Shown: one piece after another, positions 10,222-20,881 of the stretch
How positions within the stretch are numbered: the first letter of the stretch is position 1
Layout of the letters: each line of letters opens with the position of its first letter
NCBI RefSeq assembly: GCF_014378415.1
Contig: NZ_JACMNS010000112.1
Span: forward strand, 15,630 to 79,629
Origin: Aquabacterium sp.
Lineage (GTDB): Bacteria; Pseudomonadota; Gammaproteobacteria; Burkholderiales; Burkholderiaceae_C
DNA length: 64,000 nucleotides
Direction of reading: 5' to 3'
Made by a program: the position numbers and the translations under genes
Notes under the pieces: generated by a model
Database searches by the model: none
The model's input: only the letters and a program-made list of their open reading frames with translations
Told to the model about the DNA's origin: nothing

Positions 10222-11281
10222 GGTTGTTCTGTTGTTTCTCTAAGGCGCGAACGCGTTCGCGCAGGGCATGCAGATTGCGCAATGTCGCGGCGTTCTTTTC
10301 CCAGGACGCATTGTCGTCGAAGGGGAAGACGCCGCTGTACAGCCCAGGTTTGTGAATGGACCGCGTGACCAGGGTGGCCGCCGAGACATTCACCCCTTCC
10401 GCCAGGGACAGGTGGCCCAGCACCATGCCGCCGCCGCCCACGGTGCAATGCGCGCCAATGACAGCGCTGCCAGCCACGCCAGCGCAGCCGGCCATGGCCA
10501 CGTGAGCACCGATCTGGGCGTTGTGCCCGATCTGGACCAAGTTGTCCAGCTTGACCCCATTGCCAAGCACGGTGTCGCCCAAGGCACCGCGGTCCACACA
10601 GGAGTTGGCGCCAATCTCGACGTCATCCCCAATGCGCACGGCCCCAAGCTGTTCGATTTTTTCCCAACGGCCTTGCGTGGGGGCAAAGCCAAAGCCATCG
10701 GCCCCAATCACCACACCGCTGTGGAACAGGCAGCGCTCGCCAATGCTGCAGTCAAAGCCGATGTTGACGCTGGCGGCCAGGCGAGTGCCCGCGCCAATGC
10801 GGGCACCGCGCCCGATCACGCAATGGGGCCCGATCACCGCGCCCGCGCCAATGACCGCACCGGCTTCCACCACCACGAAGGGGCCAACGCTGACACCCTC
10901 GCCCAAGCTGGCGCTGGGATCAATCACGGCACTGGCATGGATGCTGGCCGGCGCTTGCGGGCGCCTGCGACCGGCCCACCATTGCGTCAGCTTGGCAAAA
11001 TACAGGTAAGGATCTTCCGTGACGATGGCCGCACCACGGGCCGCAGCTTCAACCTTCAGCGCACCGGACACGATCACACAGCCGGCCGATGTGCTGGCCA
11101 ACTGGGCTCGGTACTTGGGGTGGGCCAGAAAGGTGATTGCATCAGTCTGCGCCTGCTCGATCGGCGAGATGCGGGCAATCGGCAACTCTTCGGGGCCCAG
11201 CAACTCCCCACCCAGCGCTGCGACGATCTGACCAAGCTGCACCATGGACGTCGAGCCGGTCGGGTTGACCGCCCCGCTCAC
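10193..11281 (-). CDS. lpxD: UDP-3-O-(3-hydroxyacyl)glucosamine N-acyltransferase
   Basis: Hexapeptide repeats, [37 protein letters not shown]. Confidence 0.96.
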   Translation of the reverse strand: MSGAVNPTGSTSMVQLGQIVAALGGELLGPEELPIARISPIEQAQTDAITFLAHPKYRAQLASTSAGCVIVSGALKVEAAARGAAIVTEDPYLYFAKLTQWWAGRRRPQAPASIHASAVIDPSASLGEGVSVGPFVVVEAGAVIGAGAVIGPHCVIGRGARIGAGTRLAASVNIGFDCSIGERCLFHSGVVIGADGFGFAPTQGRWEKIEQLGAVRIGDDVEIGANSCVDRGALGDTVLGNGVKLDNLVQIGHNAQIGAHVAMAGCAGVAGSAVIGAHCTVGGGGMVLGHLSLAEGVNVSAATLVTRSIHKPGLYSGVFPFDDNASWEKNAATLRNLHALRERVRALEKQQNNHDDGHPQDS

Positions 11282-11787
11282 TTGCCGGGGGCGGTGTTGA
11301 GGGACTTGAGCACCTTGTCGGTGATGTCCACACGCGGGCTGGCAAAAACGGCCTCTTGAACGATCAAGTCGTATTTTTCCTGATCAAAAATTTGCTTGAC
11401 CACGCGGTTGGCGCGGTCCAGCACCGAGGCCAGTTCTTCGTTCTTGCGCTGGTTCAGGTCTTCCTGGAACTCGCGGCGTTTGCGTTGGAACTCGCGGTCT
11501 TGCTCGACCAAGTCGCGTTGGCGCCGGCTGCGCTCGCCTTCGACCAGCGTGGGCGCGTCTTTCTCGAACTTGTCCGAGGCCGACTTGATGCGCTGGGCCG
11601 TGTCGGTCAGCTCTTTCTCGCGTCGGCTGAATTCAATCTCCAGCTTGGCTTGCGCTGCCTTGGCAGGCGTCGCGTCACGCAGGACACGGTCAAGATTGAC
11701 GTAACCAATCTTGAAGTCCTGGGCAGAGGCCGTGGCCGCGGCCACCAGTAAACCGGCGACCATCAGGGTCTTGAGGACGGATTTCAT
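11278..11787 (-). CDS. skp: OmpH/Skp periplasmic chaperone
   Basis: Signal peptide, KIGYVN, coiled coil, [17 protein letters not shown]; lies between bamA and lpxD. Confidence 0.92.
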   Translation of the reverse strand: MKSVLKTLMVAGLLVAAATASAQDFKIGYVNLDRVLRDATPAKAAQAKLEIEFSRREKELTDTAQRIKSASDKFEKDAPTLVEGERSRRQRDLVEQDREFQRKRREFQEDLNQRKNEELASVLDRANRVVKQIFDQEKYDLIVQEAVFASPRVDITDKVLKSLNTAPGK

Positions 11788-11789
11788 GG

Positions 11790-14096
11790 TCAGAATGCGG
11801 TGCCGATCTGGAACTGGAGTTTCTGGATTTTATCCACATCGAACTTGCGGAAAGGTTGGCCGTAGCTGAGTTTGAGCGGCCCCACCGGTGAGACCCAGCT
11901 GACACCCACGCCCATGGAAAGGCGGAAATCGTCCAGCTTGATCTGTTCTTCGCTGCCCCAGACATTACCAGCGTCAAGGTATCCAAACAAGCGCAAGGTG
12001 CGGTCATTGCCAGCACCCGGGAACGGCACATACAACTCGTTGTTGATGTTGACGCGTTTATTGCCCCCAATGTAGGCGCCATTGTTGTCGATCGGGCCCA
12101 GCGAATTCTGCTCAAAACCGCGTACCGTGCCCAAGCCGCCGCCGTAGAAGTTCTTGAAGAAGGGGTACTCTTTGCTTGACAAGCCCACGCCGTAGCCGAT
12201 CTGGGCATTGAAGCCAAAGGTGAAGCGGTTGGTCAGCGGGAAATACTGCTGGAACTGGTAGTCCCCGCGCAAGTAGCGCGTGTCACCCGCCACACCCCAT
12301 TCCATGTTGACGCGCTGATAACGCCCCTGGTTGGGCGCAATCGTGCTGTCGCGCGAATCACGCGCCCAGCCCACCGTCAGCGGAATCGACAAACTGGTTT
12401 CGCCGAAATTGCGGCGGTACAGCTTGTAGTTGTCGGGCAAGCCGAGGTCACCCTTGATGGTGGTCTGTTCAGCCCCCAGGCCAAAAAACACGGTGTCGAA
12501 CTCGGTGAACGGCACGCCAAACCGGATCGTGGCGCCCGGGGTCACGATTTCATAGTCGCCACCCTGGGTGCTCAGCGGACGCGAGGTTCGGTAGAACACG
12601 TCCAACGCGCGCGAAATGCCGCCGTCGGTGAAGTAAGGATCGACCGTGCTGACCACCAGTGTGCGGTTGTACTTGCTGGTGTTGACTTCAATGCCCAGGT
12701 AGTTGCCGGTGCCAAAGATGTTGTCTTGCTTGATCGAGGCCGTCAGGGAGAGCTTTTCAGCGCTTGAGAAGCCCGCGCCCAGCATCAGATTACCGGTGGG
12801 CTTTTCTTCCACCGTGATGGTCAAGTCAACCTGGTCTTGCGTGCCCGGCACTTCCACCGTGTCGATGCCAACTTGCTTGAAATACCCAAGGCGGTCCACG
12901 CGGTCACGCGACAGCTTGATCTTCTGGCCGTCGTACCAGGCCGATTCGAACTGGCGGAACTCGCGGCGGATCACTTCATCGCGCGTGCGCGAATTGCCGG
13001 CCACGTTCACCCGGCGCACGTACACACGGCGCTGCGGCTGCGAGCTGAACACCGCCACGACCGTGCCCTTGTCGCGGTTCAGTTCAGGACGGAACTCGAC
13101 TCGCGCAAAAGCGTAGCCAAAAGCGGCAAATCTATCGGTGAAAGCTTTAGTGGTCGAGGCAATATCCTCTGCACGGTAGGAGTCACCAGGCTTGACGGCC
13201 ACCAGCGAACGAAACACTTCGTCCTTGCCCAGGTAATCGCCTTCCAGCTTCACGCCGGTGACGGTGTAGCGAGGGCCCTCAGTCACATTGATGGCAATGG
13301 AGATGTCTTGCTTGTCGGGCGAGATCGCCACCTGCGTGGATTCGAGTCGGAACTCGAGGTAACCACGGTTCAGGTAGTACGCCTTGATCGTTTCCAGGTC
13401 AGCGTTCAGCTTGGCCCGCGCGTACTGGTCGGACTTGGTGTACCAGGTCAACCAGCCGCCGGTGGTCAAGTCCATCTGCGACAGCAAGGTGCTTTCGGAA
13501 AAGGCCTTGGCGCCGGTGATCCGGATGTTCTTGATCTTGGCCGTGTCGCCTTCTGTCACGCTGAAGGTCACGTTGACGCGGTTGCGGTCCACCGGCGTGA
13601 TGGTGGTCACGACCTCGATGCCGTACAGGCTGCGCGACAGGTACTGGCGCTTGAGCTCGGTCTCGGCGCGATCGGCCAGGGCGCGGTCAAAAGGCTGGCC
13701 CTCGCCGATGCCGATGTCCTTGAGCGCCTTGACCAGGTTGTCCTTGTCGAACTCCTTGGTGCCCACGAATTCGACCTTGGCGATGACGGGGCGCTCTTCA
13801 ACGACCACCACGACCACGCTGCCGTCAATCTGGATGCGAACGTCCTTGAACAGCCCCGTGGCGAACAGGGAGCGCAAACCGGCCGAGCCCTTGTCATCGG
13901 TGTAGGTGTCGCCCACCCGGAAAGGCAGCGAGGCGAACACCGTGCCCGCGTCAGCCCGCTGTAGACCCTCGACACGAATGTCCTTGAGCACGAAGGGCTC
14001 CACCGCGAAAGCGGCGGTGTGGAACATGGTCACAGCGATGAGCGCGGCGGCCAGGGTCGGTTTGAACCGATGGACAGTCTTGGAAGGAAATTGCAT
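11790..14096 (-). CDS. bamA: Outer membrane protein assembly factor BamA
   Basis: POTRA repeats (DIRVEGLQR, GNSRTRDEVIRRE), VRGF loop motif, C-terminal FQIGTAF. Confidence 0.97.
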   Translation of the reverse strand: MQFPSKTVHRFKPTLAAALIAVTMFHTAAFAVEPFVLKDIRVEGLQRADAGTVFASLPFRVGDTYTDDKGSAGLRSLFATGLFKDVRIQIDGSVVVVVVEERPVIAKVEFVGTKEFDKDNLVKALKDIGIGEGQPFDRALADRAETELKRQYLSRSLYGIEVVTTITPVDRNRVNVTFSVTEGDTAKIKNIRITGAKAFSESTLLSQMDLTTGGWLTWYTKSDQYARAKLNADLETIKAYYLNRGYLEFRLESTQVAISPDKQDISIAINVTEGPRYTVTGVKLEGDYLGKDEVFRSLVAVKPGDSYRAEDIASTTKAFTDRFAAFGYAFARVEFRPELNRDKGTVVAVFSSQPQRRVYVRRVNVAGNSRTRDEVIRREFRQFESAWYDGQKIKLSRDRVDRLGYFKQVGIDTVEVPGTQDQVDLTITVEEKPTGNLMLGAGFSSAEKLSLTASIKQDNIFGTGNYLGIEVNTSKYNRTLVVSTVDPYFTDGGISRALDVFYRTSRPLSTQGGDYEIVTPGATIRFGVPFTEFDTVFFGLGAEQTTIKGDLGLPDNYKLYRRNFGETSLSIPLTVGWARDSRDSTIAPNQGRYQRVNMEWGVAGDTRYLRGDYQFQQYFPLTNRFTFGFNAQIGYGVGLSSKEYPFFKNFYGGGLGTVRGFEQNSLGPIDNNGAYIGGNKRVNINNELYVPFPGAGNDRTLRLFGYLDAGNVWGSEEQIKLDDFRLSMGVGVSWVSPVGPLKLSYGQPFRKFDVDKIQKLQFQIGTAF

Positions 14097-14103
14097 GCAA
14101 AGA

Positions 14104-15513
14104 TCAGTGCGAGCCCAGCATTCGGGCCAAATCGTTGTAGAGGGCAAGTGACATCATGGTGAGCATGATGGCCACGCCACCGCGTTGCAACCGCTCCATC
14201 CAAACTTCTGAGATGGGCCGGCCGGTGAGTCCTTCGAAAAGATAATACATGAGGTGCCCGCCATCCAGAACCGGCAGAGGCAGCAGATTGAGCACGCCCA
14301 GACTGACGCTGACCAGCGCCAGAAAACCCAGGTAATGTACCCAACCCATTTCGGCCGAGCGCCCCGCGTAATCCGCAATGGTCAAAGGCCCACTGAGGTT
14401 TTTCAGTGAAGCCTGCCCCACCACCATCTTGCCCAGCATTTCCAGGCTCATGCGAGAGACGTCCCACGTGCGGTTGAGTGCCAGCGTCAAACCTTCGAGC
14501 GGCCCATAGCTCACGTCGACCAACGCAGGCGGTGATCCGATGCCAGCCTCGATGCGCGCCAGCTGCTTGCCGTCGACATCTTTCATCGCCGGGGTCACGG
14601 TGATGTCCAGATTTTGCCCGGCGCGCTGCACCTTCAGCAAGATGAGCTTGACCTGCCCTTGATCGTGGCTGGCACCAATCAGTTGCCGCAATTGCGCGGC
14701 ATCGGCGGGCACTTGGCCATTGATCTGCACAATTCGATCACCTGCCTTCAAGCCGGCACGCTCAGCGGGACCACCGTTGATCGCTTGGGCAATGATGGGC
14801 TCGACATACGGCCCCATCAGGCCAATGCGGTCCAGCAATTTGGCGTCCACATCGGCCGCCGGAATGCGGCTGAGCGCCAAGGTCATGGTGCGGCTGCCGT
14901 GCTGCTGCGGCTCGCCAGTGCCAGAGGCGTTGTGGCTGACTTGCAGGCGCAAATCGCGCCCAGCCAAGGTTGCCTGGGTGAGCTGCCACTGCAAGTCGCT
15001 CATTGAGCGGATGGCTTGCCAGCCCGCCTCGGAGTCATCGGCGGCATCGGCGCTAACCTGGGCGACCGACAAGATTTCATCACGCGCTTGCAGGCCAGCC
15101 TGATCGGCCAAGCTATCTTCTTTGGGCTGCGCCATCCAGGGACGCAGTTCCTGCACGCCGGCCCAATTGACAATGGCGTACAGCAAAACTGCGAGCAGCA
15201 AATTGGCCGCAGGTCCGGCTGCGACGATGAAGGCGCGTTGCTTGAGCGGCTTGCGATTGAACGCGCGGCTTAACTCCAAGGCAGGCACATCGCCTTCGCG
15301 CTCGTCCAACATCTTCACGTAGCCACCCAGCGGCAGTGCCGACACCACAAATTCGGTCTCGCCATGCATGCGGCGCCAGAGCACGCGCCCAAAGCCCACG
15401 GAAAACCGCAGCACCTTGACATCGCACGCCACGGCCGCTCGGTAGTGTCCGTACTCGTGGATGACGACCAGCACACCGATGGTCACTAAAAATGCCAACA
15501 CCGTCAACAACAT
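14104..15513 (-). CDS. rseP: RIP metalloprotease RseP
   Basis: HEYGH, AGPAANLLLA, PDZ segments, LNLLPLPVLDGGH. Confidence 0.96.
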   Translation of the reverse strand: MLLTVLAFLVTIGVLVVIHEYGHYRAAVACDVKVLRFSVGFGRVLWRRMHGETEFVVSALPLGGYVKMLDEREGDVPALELSRAFNRKPLKQRAFIVAAGPAANLLLAVLLYAIVNWAGVQELRPWMAQPKEDSLADQAGLQARDEILSVAQVSADAADDSEAGWQAIRSMSDLQWQLTQATLAGRDLRLQVSHNASGTGEPQQHGSRTMTLALSRIPAADVDAKLLDRIGLMGPYVEPIIAQAINGGPAERAGLKAGDRIVQINGQVPADAAQLRQLIGASHDQGQVKLILLKVQRAGQNLDITVTPAMKDVDGKQLARIEAGIGSPPALVDVSYGPLEGLTLALNRTWDVSRMSLEMLGKMVVGQASLKNLSGPLTIADYAGRSAEMGWVHYLGFLALVSVSLGVLNLLPLPVLDGGHLMYYLFEGLTGRPISEVWMERLQRGGVAIMLTMMSLALYNDLARMLGSH

Positions 15514-15531
15514 GGCAAGGCTCCGGTTAAA

Positions 15532-16743
15532 TCAACGGCTCAAGCCAGATGAAATCACCTGGGCGATGCGCCTGGCCTTGGCGTCCAGCGCCAGCAGACC
15601 GTCGACGCTGTCGCAGCAGCCGGACTCTACCGCGCAATCGACCAGACTTTGAGTGTTGACTGCATGAATCTGGTCAAAGCGGATGCGACCGGTCAGAAAA
15701 GCATCCACAGCCACTTCGTTGGCTGCATTGAGTACGCAGGTGCTGCCCGCCGGGCCATTCAGCGTGTCCCAGGCCAATTGAAGACCGGGATAACGACGTG
15801 CATCGGCCTCTTCAAAAGTCAAGGCGGACAGGCGGGTAAAGTCAAGTAACTCCGCGCCTGATTCAATCCGGTTCGGCCAGGACAGGCCGTAGGCAATGGG
15901 CACCCGCATGTCCGGCGTACCCAGTTGCGCCAGCACGGAGTGGTCCCGGCACACCACCATCGAGTGGATGATGCTTTGCGGGTGCAAGACCACCTTGATG
16001 CGCTCAGGCCTGAGGCCAAACAACCAGCGCGCTTCGATCACTTCCAGCGCCTTGTTCATCATCGTGGCCGAATCGACCGAGATCTTGCGGCCCATGACCC
16101 AGTTGGGGTGGGTACAGGCCTGATCAGGCGTGACATCGCGCAAGGTGGCGGGATCGCGCTGGCGAAATGGTCCGCCAGACGCCGTCAAAACAATGTGGTC
16201 AATGCGCTCGGCCCAGGTCCCCACATCTTCCGGCAAGCACTGAAAAATGGCCGAGTGTTCGCTGTCGATGGGCAGCAAGGTCGCGCCGCCTTCGGCCACC
16301 GCGCTCATGAACAAGGCACCGCCCACGACCAGGGCTTCTTTGTTGGCCAAAAGCAAACGCTTGCCCGACCGCGCCGCCGCCAGACAAGGGGCCAAACCGG
16401 CCGCGCCCACAATGGCGGCCATCACGACCTCCACCTCAGGATGCGAAGCGATGTCGCACAAGGCCTTCTCGCCGCTGAGCACTTCGGTCGACAAACCTGC
16501 TTGGGCCATCCCTTGGCGCAGACGCTGTGCCGCGTCTTCGTGGGACATCACGGCAAACCGGGGACGCCATTGCACGCATTGCGCCAGGAGTTCATCCACG
16601 CGGCGCCCGCCACTGAGGGCAAACACCTCGAAACGATCAGGATGCCGGGCCACCACGTCCAGCGTGTTGGTCCCGACCGAACCGGTGGAACCCAGCACGC
16701 AGAGGCGCTGGCGGTGTGCCGTGGGCATGAAAGCATCAACCAT
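15532..16743 (-). CDS. dxr: 1-deoxy-D-xylulose-5-phosphate reductoisomerase
   Basis: LGSTGSVG, LLANKE, LPIDSEHSAIFQ, HPNWVMGRKISVDSATMMNKALE. Confidence 0.98.
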   Translation of the reverse strand: MVDAFMPTAHRQRLCVLGSTGSVGTNTLDVVARHPDRFEVFALSGGRRVDELLAQCVQWRPRFAVMSHEDAAQRLRQGMAQAGLSTEVLSGEKALCDIASHPEVEVVMAAIVGAAGLAPCLAAARSGKRLLLANKEALVVGGALFMSAVAEGGATLLPIDSEHSAIFQCLPEDVGTWAERIDHIVLTASGGPFRQRDPATLRDVTPDQACTHPNWVMGRKISVDSATMMNKALEVIEARWLFGLRPERIKVVLHPQSIIHSMVVCRDHSVLAQLGTPDMRVPIAYGLSWPNRIESGAELLDFTRLSALTFEEADARRYPGLQLAWDTLNGPAGSTCVLNAANEVAVDAFLTGRIRFDQIHAVNTQSLVDCAVESGCCDSVDGLLALDAKARRIAQVISSGLSR

Positions 16744-17662
16744 GGCACAAAGACATCAAAGCGAGGACCAAAGGCAGGACCGGCAACAAAGCATCAACCC
16801 GGTCCAGCACCCCGCCATGCCCGGGCAGCAACTGGCTGCTGTCCTTGGCCCCGGCCTGGCGCTTGATGAGTGACTCGAACAAATCACCCACGACGCTCAT
16901 GCCCACCAGAAAAACAATGCTCAGTACCAGGCCCAACGGCCCCAGGCCCGACAGCAGGTGGCTGTACATGCTGGGCGAATCAACCGACCAACTGCGGTCA
17001 ACTGCGATCCAGACCACGGCCAACAGCAACACCGCCAACATGCCAGACCAGACACCCTCCCAGCTTTTGCCCGGGCTGATGCTGATGGCCAGCTTGCGGC
17101 GCCCGAAGGCACGGCCGCCAAAATAGGCACCAATGTCGGCCGCCCAAACCAAGCAGAAGACCGACAACAGGAAGTTCAGCCCCTGGGCCTTGCTTTCGGT
17201 CAACGCGAGCCAGGCCATCACCAGGATGCCCAGCCCGAGCAGCGCGCGCAAGGCACGGGGTGACCGCTTCCAGTAACGAGTCCCCCAACACAGGGCTGAA
17301 GCCCCACCCAACACCCACAAACCACCAGTGACCCACCACACAGCAGCAGGCACCTTGAAACCGGCCAATGCCTGGCCTGCGACGTGAACATGGGTTGCTG
17401 CCGCGCTTTCATGGGGCGACGCCGACAGCCCCCAGGGGTCTAGATGCACCGCTTCGGCGACGACATATCCCAGCACGGCCACCGCCGCCCCCATCGCCCA
17501 GGCCCGCGCGCCAGGCCACTCATTCAAGCGAGCCCACTCCCAACCTGCTGCGCTGACAAACAACAAACCCAAAGCGGCAAACGGCCACAGGGCTTGTGCG
17601 GCCAGGGCTGGCAAGAGGATGGCCATCAGGATCAGCGCCGTGATCACGCGTTGCTTTAGCAT
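16736..17662 (-). CDS. cdsA: Phosphatidate cytidylyltransferase
   Basis: MLKQRVITA, ISPGKSWEG, GDLFESLIKRQAGAKDS..LLPGHGGVLDRVD. Confidence 0.95.
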   Translation of the reverse strand: MLKQRVITALILMAILLPALAAQALWPFAALGLLFVSAAGWEWARLNEWPGARAWAMGAAVAVLGYVVAEAVHLDPWGLSASPHESAAATHVHVAGQALAGFKVPAAVWWVTGGLWVLGGASALCWGTRYWKRSPRALRALLGLGILVMAWLALTESKAQGLNFLLSVFCLVWAADIGAYFGGRAFGRRKLAISISPGKSWEGVWSGMLAVLLLAVVWIAVDRSWSVDSPSMYSHLLSGLGPLGLVLSIVFLVGMSVVGDLFESLIKRQAGAKDSSQLLPGHGGVLDRVDALLPVLPLVLALMSLCHG

Positions 17663-17664
17663 GT

Positions 17665-18453
17665 TCAGGATCTCTCTGACGTGAATTCGTCGTTGTCAAC
17701 CGCGCCACCCACGGCGCCCTCGCCTTGGCCCGAAGCCCCGACATCGCCAAAACGCCGCTCGCGAACAGCGAACGCCGTCAAAGCCTTGTCGATTTCGGTG
17801 GCATCAAAATCAGGCCACAGGCAATCAGTGAAGTACAACTCGGCGTACGCGCTTTGCCACAACAAGAAGTTGGACAGGCGAACCTCGCCACCGGTGCGGA
17901 TGAACAAATCGGGATCGGGCGCATAGCTCATGGCCATGAAACGTGAGAGTTCTGCTTCGCTCAGGGTCTCTGCCGACAAACCAGCGGCCATCGCCTTCTG
18001 GCAAGCTTGGACGATGTCCCAGCGGCCACCGTAGTTGAAAGCCACCGTCAAGGTCAAGCGGCTGTTGTCGCGGGTGCGGGCCTCAGCATCCAGCAAGGCA
18101 TTGCGGATTTTTTCAGCCACCGTGCTCAGATCGCCCGCAATGCGGATGCGAACGCCATCGGCCTTGAGCTTGGCAATGTGCTTGGACAAAGCCACCAGCA
18201 GAAGGCTCATCAAGCCAGACACCTCCTCCTCGGGTCGCTTCCAGTTTTCTGAGGAAAACGCGAACACGGTGAGATAGTCAATGCCACGATCGGCGCAGGC
18301 GTGCACCACCGAGATCAAAGCGTCAACGCCCGCCTTGTGCCCCACGCCACGAGGCATGAGGCGCTTGCGTGCCCAGCGCCCATTGCCATCCATGACGATG
18401 GCCACGTGGCGGGGCGCCGATGACGGGCTGGAAGAAGGATTTCGCTTGGCCAT
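17665..18453 (-). CDS. uppS: Undecaprenyl diphosphate synthase
   Basis: HVAIVMDGNGRWA, FSSENWKRP, NYGGRWDI, IRTGGEVRLSNFLLWQ; GGAG SD before ATG 18453. Confidence 0.97.
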   Translation of the reverse strand: MAKRNPSSSPSSAPRHVAIVMDGNGRWARKRLMPRGVGHKAGVDALISVVHACADRGIDYLTVFAFSSENWKRPEEEVSGLMSLLLVALSKHIAKLKADGVRIRIAGDLSTVAEKIRNALLDAEARTRDNSRLTLTVAFNYGGRWDIVQACQKAMAAGLSAETLSEAELSRFMAMSYAPDPDLFIRTGGEVRLSNFLLWQSAYAELYFTDCLWPDFDATEIDKALTAFAVRERRFGDVGASGQGEGAVGGAVDNDEFTSERS

Positions 18454-18471
18454 GTTGGCTCCAAAACAGAT

Positions 18472-18492
18472 TGAGGCGGTCAACCCGCCTCA
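18472..18492 (-). terminator. Hairpin (weak terminator/attenuator) between frr and uppS
   Basis: TGAGGCGG/CCGCCTCA 8-bp stem, followed on the minus strand by ATCTGTTTT. Confidence 0.5.
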
Positions 18493-18520
18493 GACTGCAT
18501 CGAGATCAATGAAAAGCCGA

Positions 18521-19081
18521 TCAAACCGCCAGGATCTCGGCTTCTTTGGCCTGAACCAACTTGTCGATGTCAACAATCGTGCGGTCGGTCAGCTTTTGAA
18601 CATCATCCGTAGAACGACGGTCTTCGTCTTCAGTGATTTCTTTGTCCTTGAGCAGACGCTTGGCTTGCTCATTGGCATCGCGGCGCAGATTGCGCACGGC
18701 CACCTTGGCGTCCTCGGCCAGGCTCTTCACGATCTTGATGAGGTCCTTGCGCCGCTCTTCGGTCAGGGCGGGCATCGGCACACGGATCAGGTCGCCCTGC
18801 GACGCTGGATTCAAACCCAGATCGGACTCGCGGATCGCCTTTTCGATCTTGGCGCCCATGCCCTTTTCCCAAGGCTGCACGCTGATGTTTCGCGCGTCGA
18901 TCAGGGTCACGTTGGCGACCTGGCTGATCGGCACCAAGGAGCCGTAGTAGTCCACCTGCACCTGGTCGAGGATGCCTGGGTGGGCACGGCCTGTGCGGAT
19001 CTTGCTCAAATCGCCCTTGAAAGAGTCGATGGATTTGAGCGTCTTTTGCTCAAGGGATTTTTTAATGTCGGCAATGCTCAT
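18521..19081 (-). CDS. frr: Ribosome recycling factor
   Basis: [42 protein letters not shown]. Confidence 0.97.
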   Translation of the reverse strand: MSIADIKKSLEQKTLKSIDSFKGDLSKIRTGRAHPGILDQVQVDYYGSLVPISQVANVTLIDARNISVQPWEKGMGAKIEKAIRESDLGLNPASQGDLIRVPMPALTEERRKDLIKIVKSLAEDAKVAVRNLRRDANEQAKRLLKDKEITEDEDRRSTDDVQKLTDRTIVDIDKLVQAKEAEILAV

Positions 19082-19094
19082 GAAATGCTCCGGA

Positions 19095-19805
19095 TCACAC
19101 GTGGACCAGGGTGCCTTCATCCTCGCCCATCACCACACGCTTGAGGGCGCCGGGCTTGAAGATGGAAAACACCTTGATGGGCAGATTCTGGTCGCGGCAC
19201 AACGCAAACGCTGTGGCGTCCAGCACTTGGAGATTCTTGATCAAGGCTTCATCGAAGGTGATGGTGCTGTAGCGCGTCGCCAGCGGATCCTTCTTGGGAT
19301 CAGCGGAGTACACGCCATCGACCTTGGTGGCCTTGAGCATGATCTCGGCACCGATTTCAGCGCCACGCAGGGCAGCGGCCGTGTCGGTGGTGAAGAAGGG
19401 GTTGCCCGTGCCGGCGGCGAAAATCACCACCTTGCCTTCTTCGAGGTACTGCAGGGCCTTGGGGCGCACATAAGGCTCCACGACCTGCTCTATGTTGATG
19501 GCCGACATGACGCGAGCGGTCATGCCTTCCTGGCGCATGGTGTCGGCCAAGGCCAAGGCATTCATGACGGGGGCCAGCTTGCCCATGTAATCAGCCGTAG
19601 CGCGGTCCATGCCGACCGAACCACCCGCGACACCACGGAAAATATTGCCACCACCAATGACGACTGCGACCTCGCATCCCAGCTTCGTGATCTCCTGGAT
19701 TTCTTGCACCATGCGAACGATGGTGGAACGGTTGATGCCGAATGCATCGTCGCCCATGAGGGCTTCACCAGAGAGTTTCAGAAGGATGCGCTTGTAGGCG
19801 GCCAT
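19095..19805 (-). CDS. pyrH: Uridylate kinase
   Basis: [42 protein letters not shown]; two atypical residues (see findings). Confidence 0.96.
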   Translation of the reverse strand: MAAYKRILLKLSGEALMGDDAFGINRSTIVRMVQEIQEITKLGCEVAVVIGGGNIFRGVAGGSVGMDRATADYMGKLAPVMNALALADTMRQEGMTARVMSAINIEQVVEPYVRPKALQYLEEGKVVIFAAGTGNPFFTTDTAAALRGAEIGAEIMLKATKVDGVYSADPKKDPLATRYSTITFDEALIKNLQVLDATAFALCRDQNLPIKVFSIFKPGALKRVVMGEDEGTLVHV

Positions 19806-19889
19806 GCAGACGTCCTTTGCTAATTGTTGTCGTGAGAGTCACCGCAGGCTGCTTAAGTGTCCTCAAACAGCCCGCGGTCGGGTCAGAAA

Positions 19890-20804
19890 TTACTGACCCT
19901 TGGCAGCTGCCATGGTAGCGGCCACTTCAGCAGCAAAGTCGTCCTGCTTCTTCTCGATGCCTTCGCCCACGATGTACATCGTGAAGCTCGTGACAACCGT
20001 GTTGGCCGACTTCAGGTACTGCTCAACGGTTTGCTTGCCATCGGCGGCCTTCACGAAGACCTGGTTGAACAGGGACACTTCTTTCAGGTACTTCTGGATC
20101 GAGCCATCAATTCGCTTTGCAACGATTTCGGCCGATTGGGCAGGCTTACCAGCAGCTTCAGCCACCTTGGCATCTTCGGCAGCCTTGCCTGCTGCCACCG
20201 AACGCTCGGCTTCAATCAATGCCGCGGGCACGTCGGCCGATGACAACGACACGGGCTTCATGGCGGCCACGTGCATGGCAACGTCCTTGGCAGCCGTGTC
20301 GTCACCGGTGTACTCGACGACGACACCGATGCGGGCGCCATGCAGGTAACTGGCCAGCTTTTGGTCACCGCTGAAACGCTTGAAGCGGCGGATGGTGATA
20401 TTTTCACCGATCTTGCCGATCAGGGCAGCGCGACTGGCTTCGACCGTTTGACCGGCGATTTCCAGGTTTGACAGCGCGGCCACGTCGGCCGGGTTGTGCT
20501 GGGTGATCAACTCGGCGACAGCTTTGCTCAAGGCCAGGAAGTCGTCGTTCTTCGACACGAAGTCGGTTTCGCAGTTGATTTCAACCAGGGCACCGTTGGC
20601 GCCGTCGATGAAGGAGGTGACCACGCCATCGGCGGTCACGCGCGATGCGGCTTTTGAGGCCTTGCTGCCAAGCTTGACGCGCAGAATTTCTTCAGCCTTG
20701 ACCGAGTCGCCTTCGGCTTCAGTCAGGGCTCTCTTGCACTCCATCATGGGAGCGTCGGTCTTGGCGCGCAGTTCGGCAACCATGCTGGCGGTGATGGCGG
20801 GCAT
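19890..20804 (-). CDS. tsf: Elongation factor Ts
   Basis: [46 protein letters not shown]. Confidence 0.98.
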   Translation of the reverse strand: MPAITASMVAELRAKTDAPMMECKRALTEAEGDSVKAEEILRVKLGSKASKAASRVTADGVVTSFIDGANGALVEINCETDFVSKNDDFLALSKAVAELITQHNPADVAALSNLEIAGQTVEASRAALIGKIGENITIRRFKRFSGDQKLASYLHGARIGVVVEYTGDDTAAKDVAMHVAAMKPVSLSSADVPAALIEAERSVAAGKAAEDAKVAEAAGKPAQSAEIVAKRIDGSIQKYLKEVSLFNQVFVKAADGKQTVEQYLKSANTVVTSFTMYIVGEGIEKKQDDFAAEVAATMAAAKGQ

Positions 20805-20835
20805 ATGCTTTCTCCGTAAATCTGAAATTTGTTGT

Positions 20836-20859
20836 GAAAAAGGGGCTGAAACAGCCCCT
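20836..20859 (-). terminator. Intrinsic terminator/attenuator between rpsB and tsf
   Basis: AGGGGCTG-TTT-CAGCCCCT stem followed by a T run on the minus strand. Confidence 0.7.
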
Positions 20860-20881
20860 GTGGTGCTCTAGTCAGAAGCAA

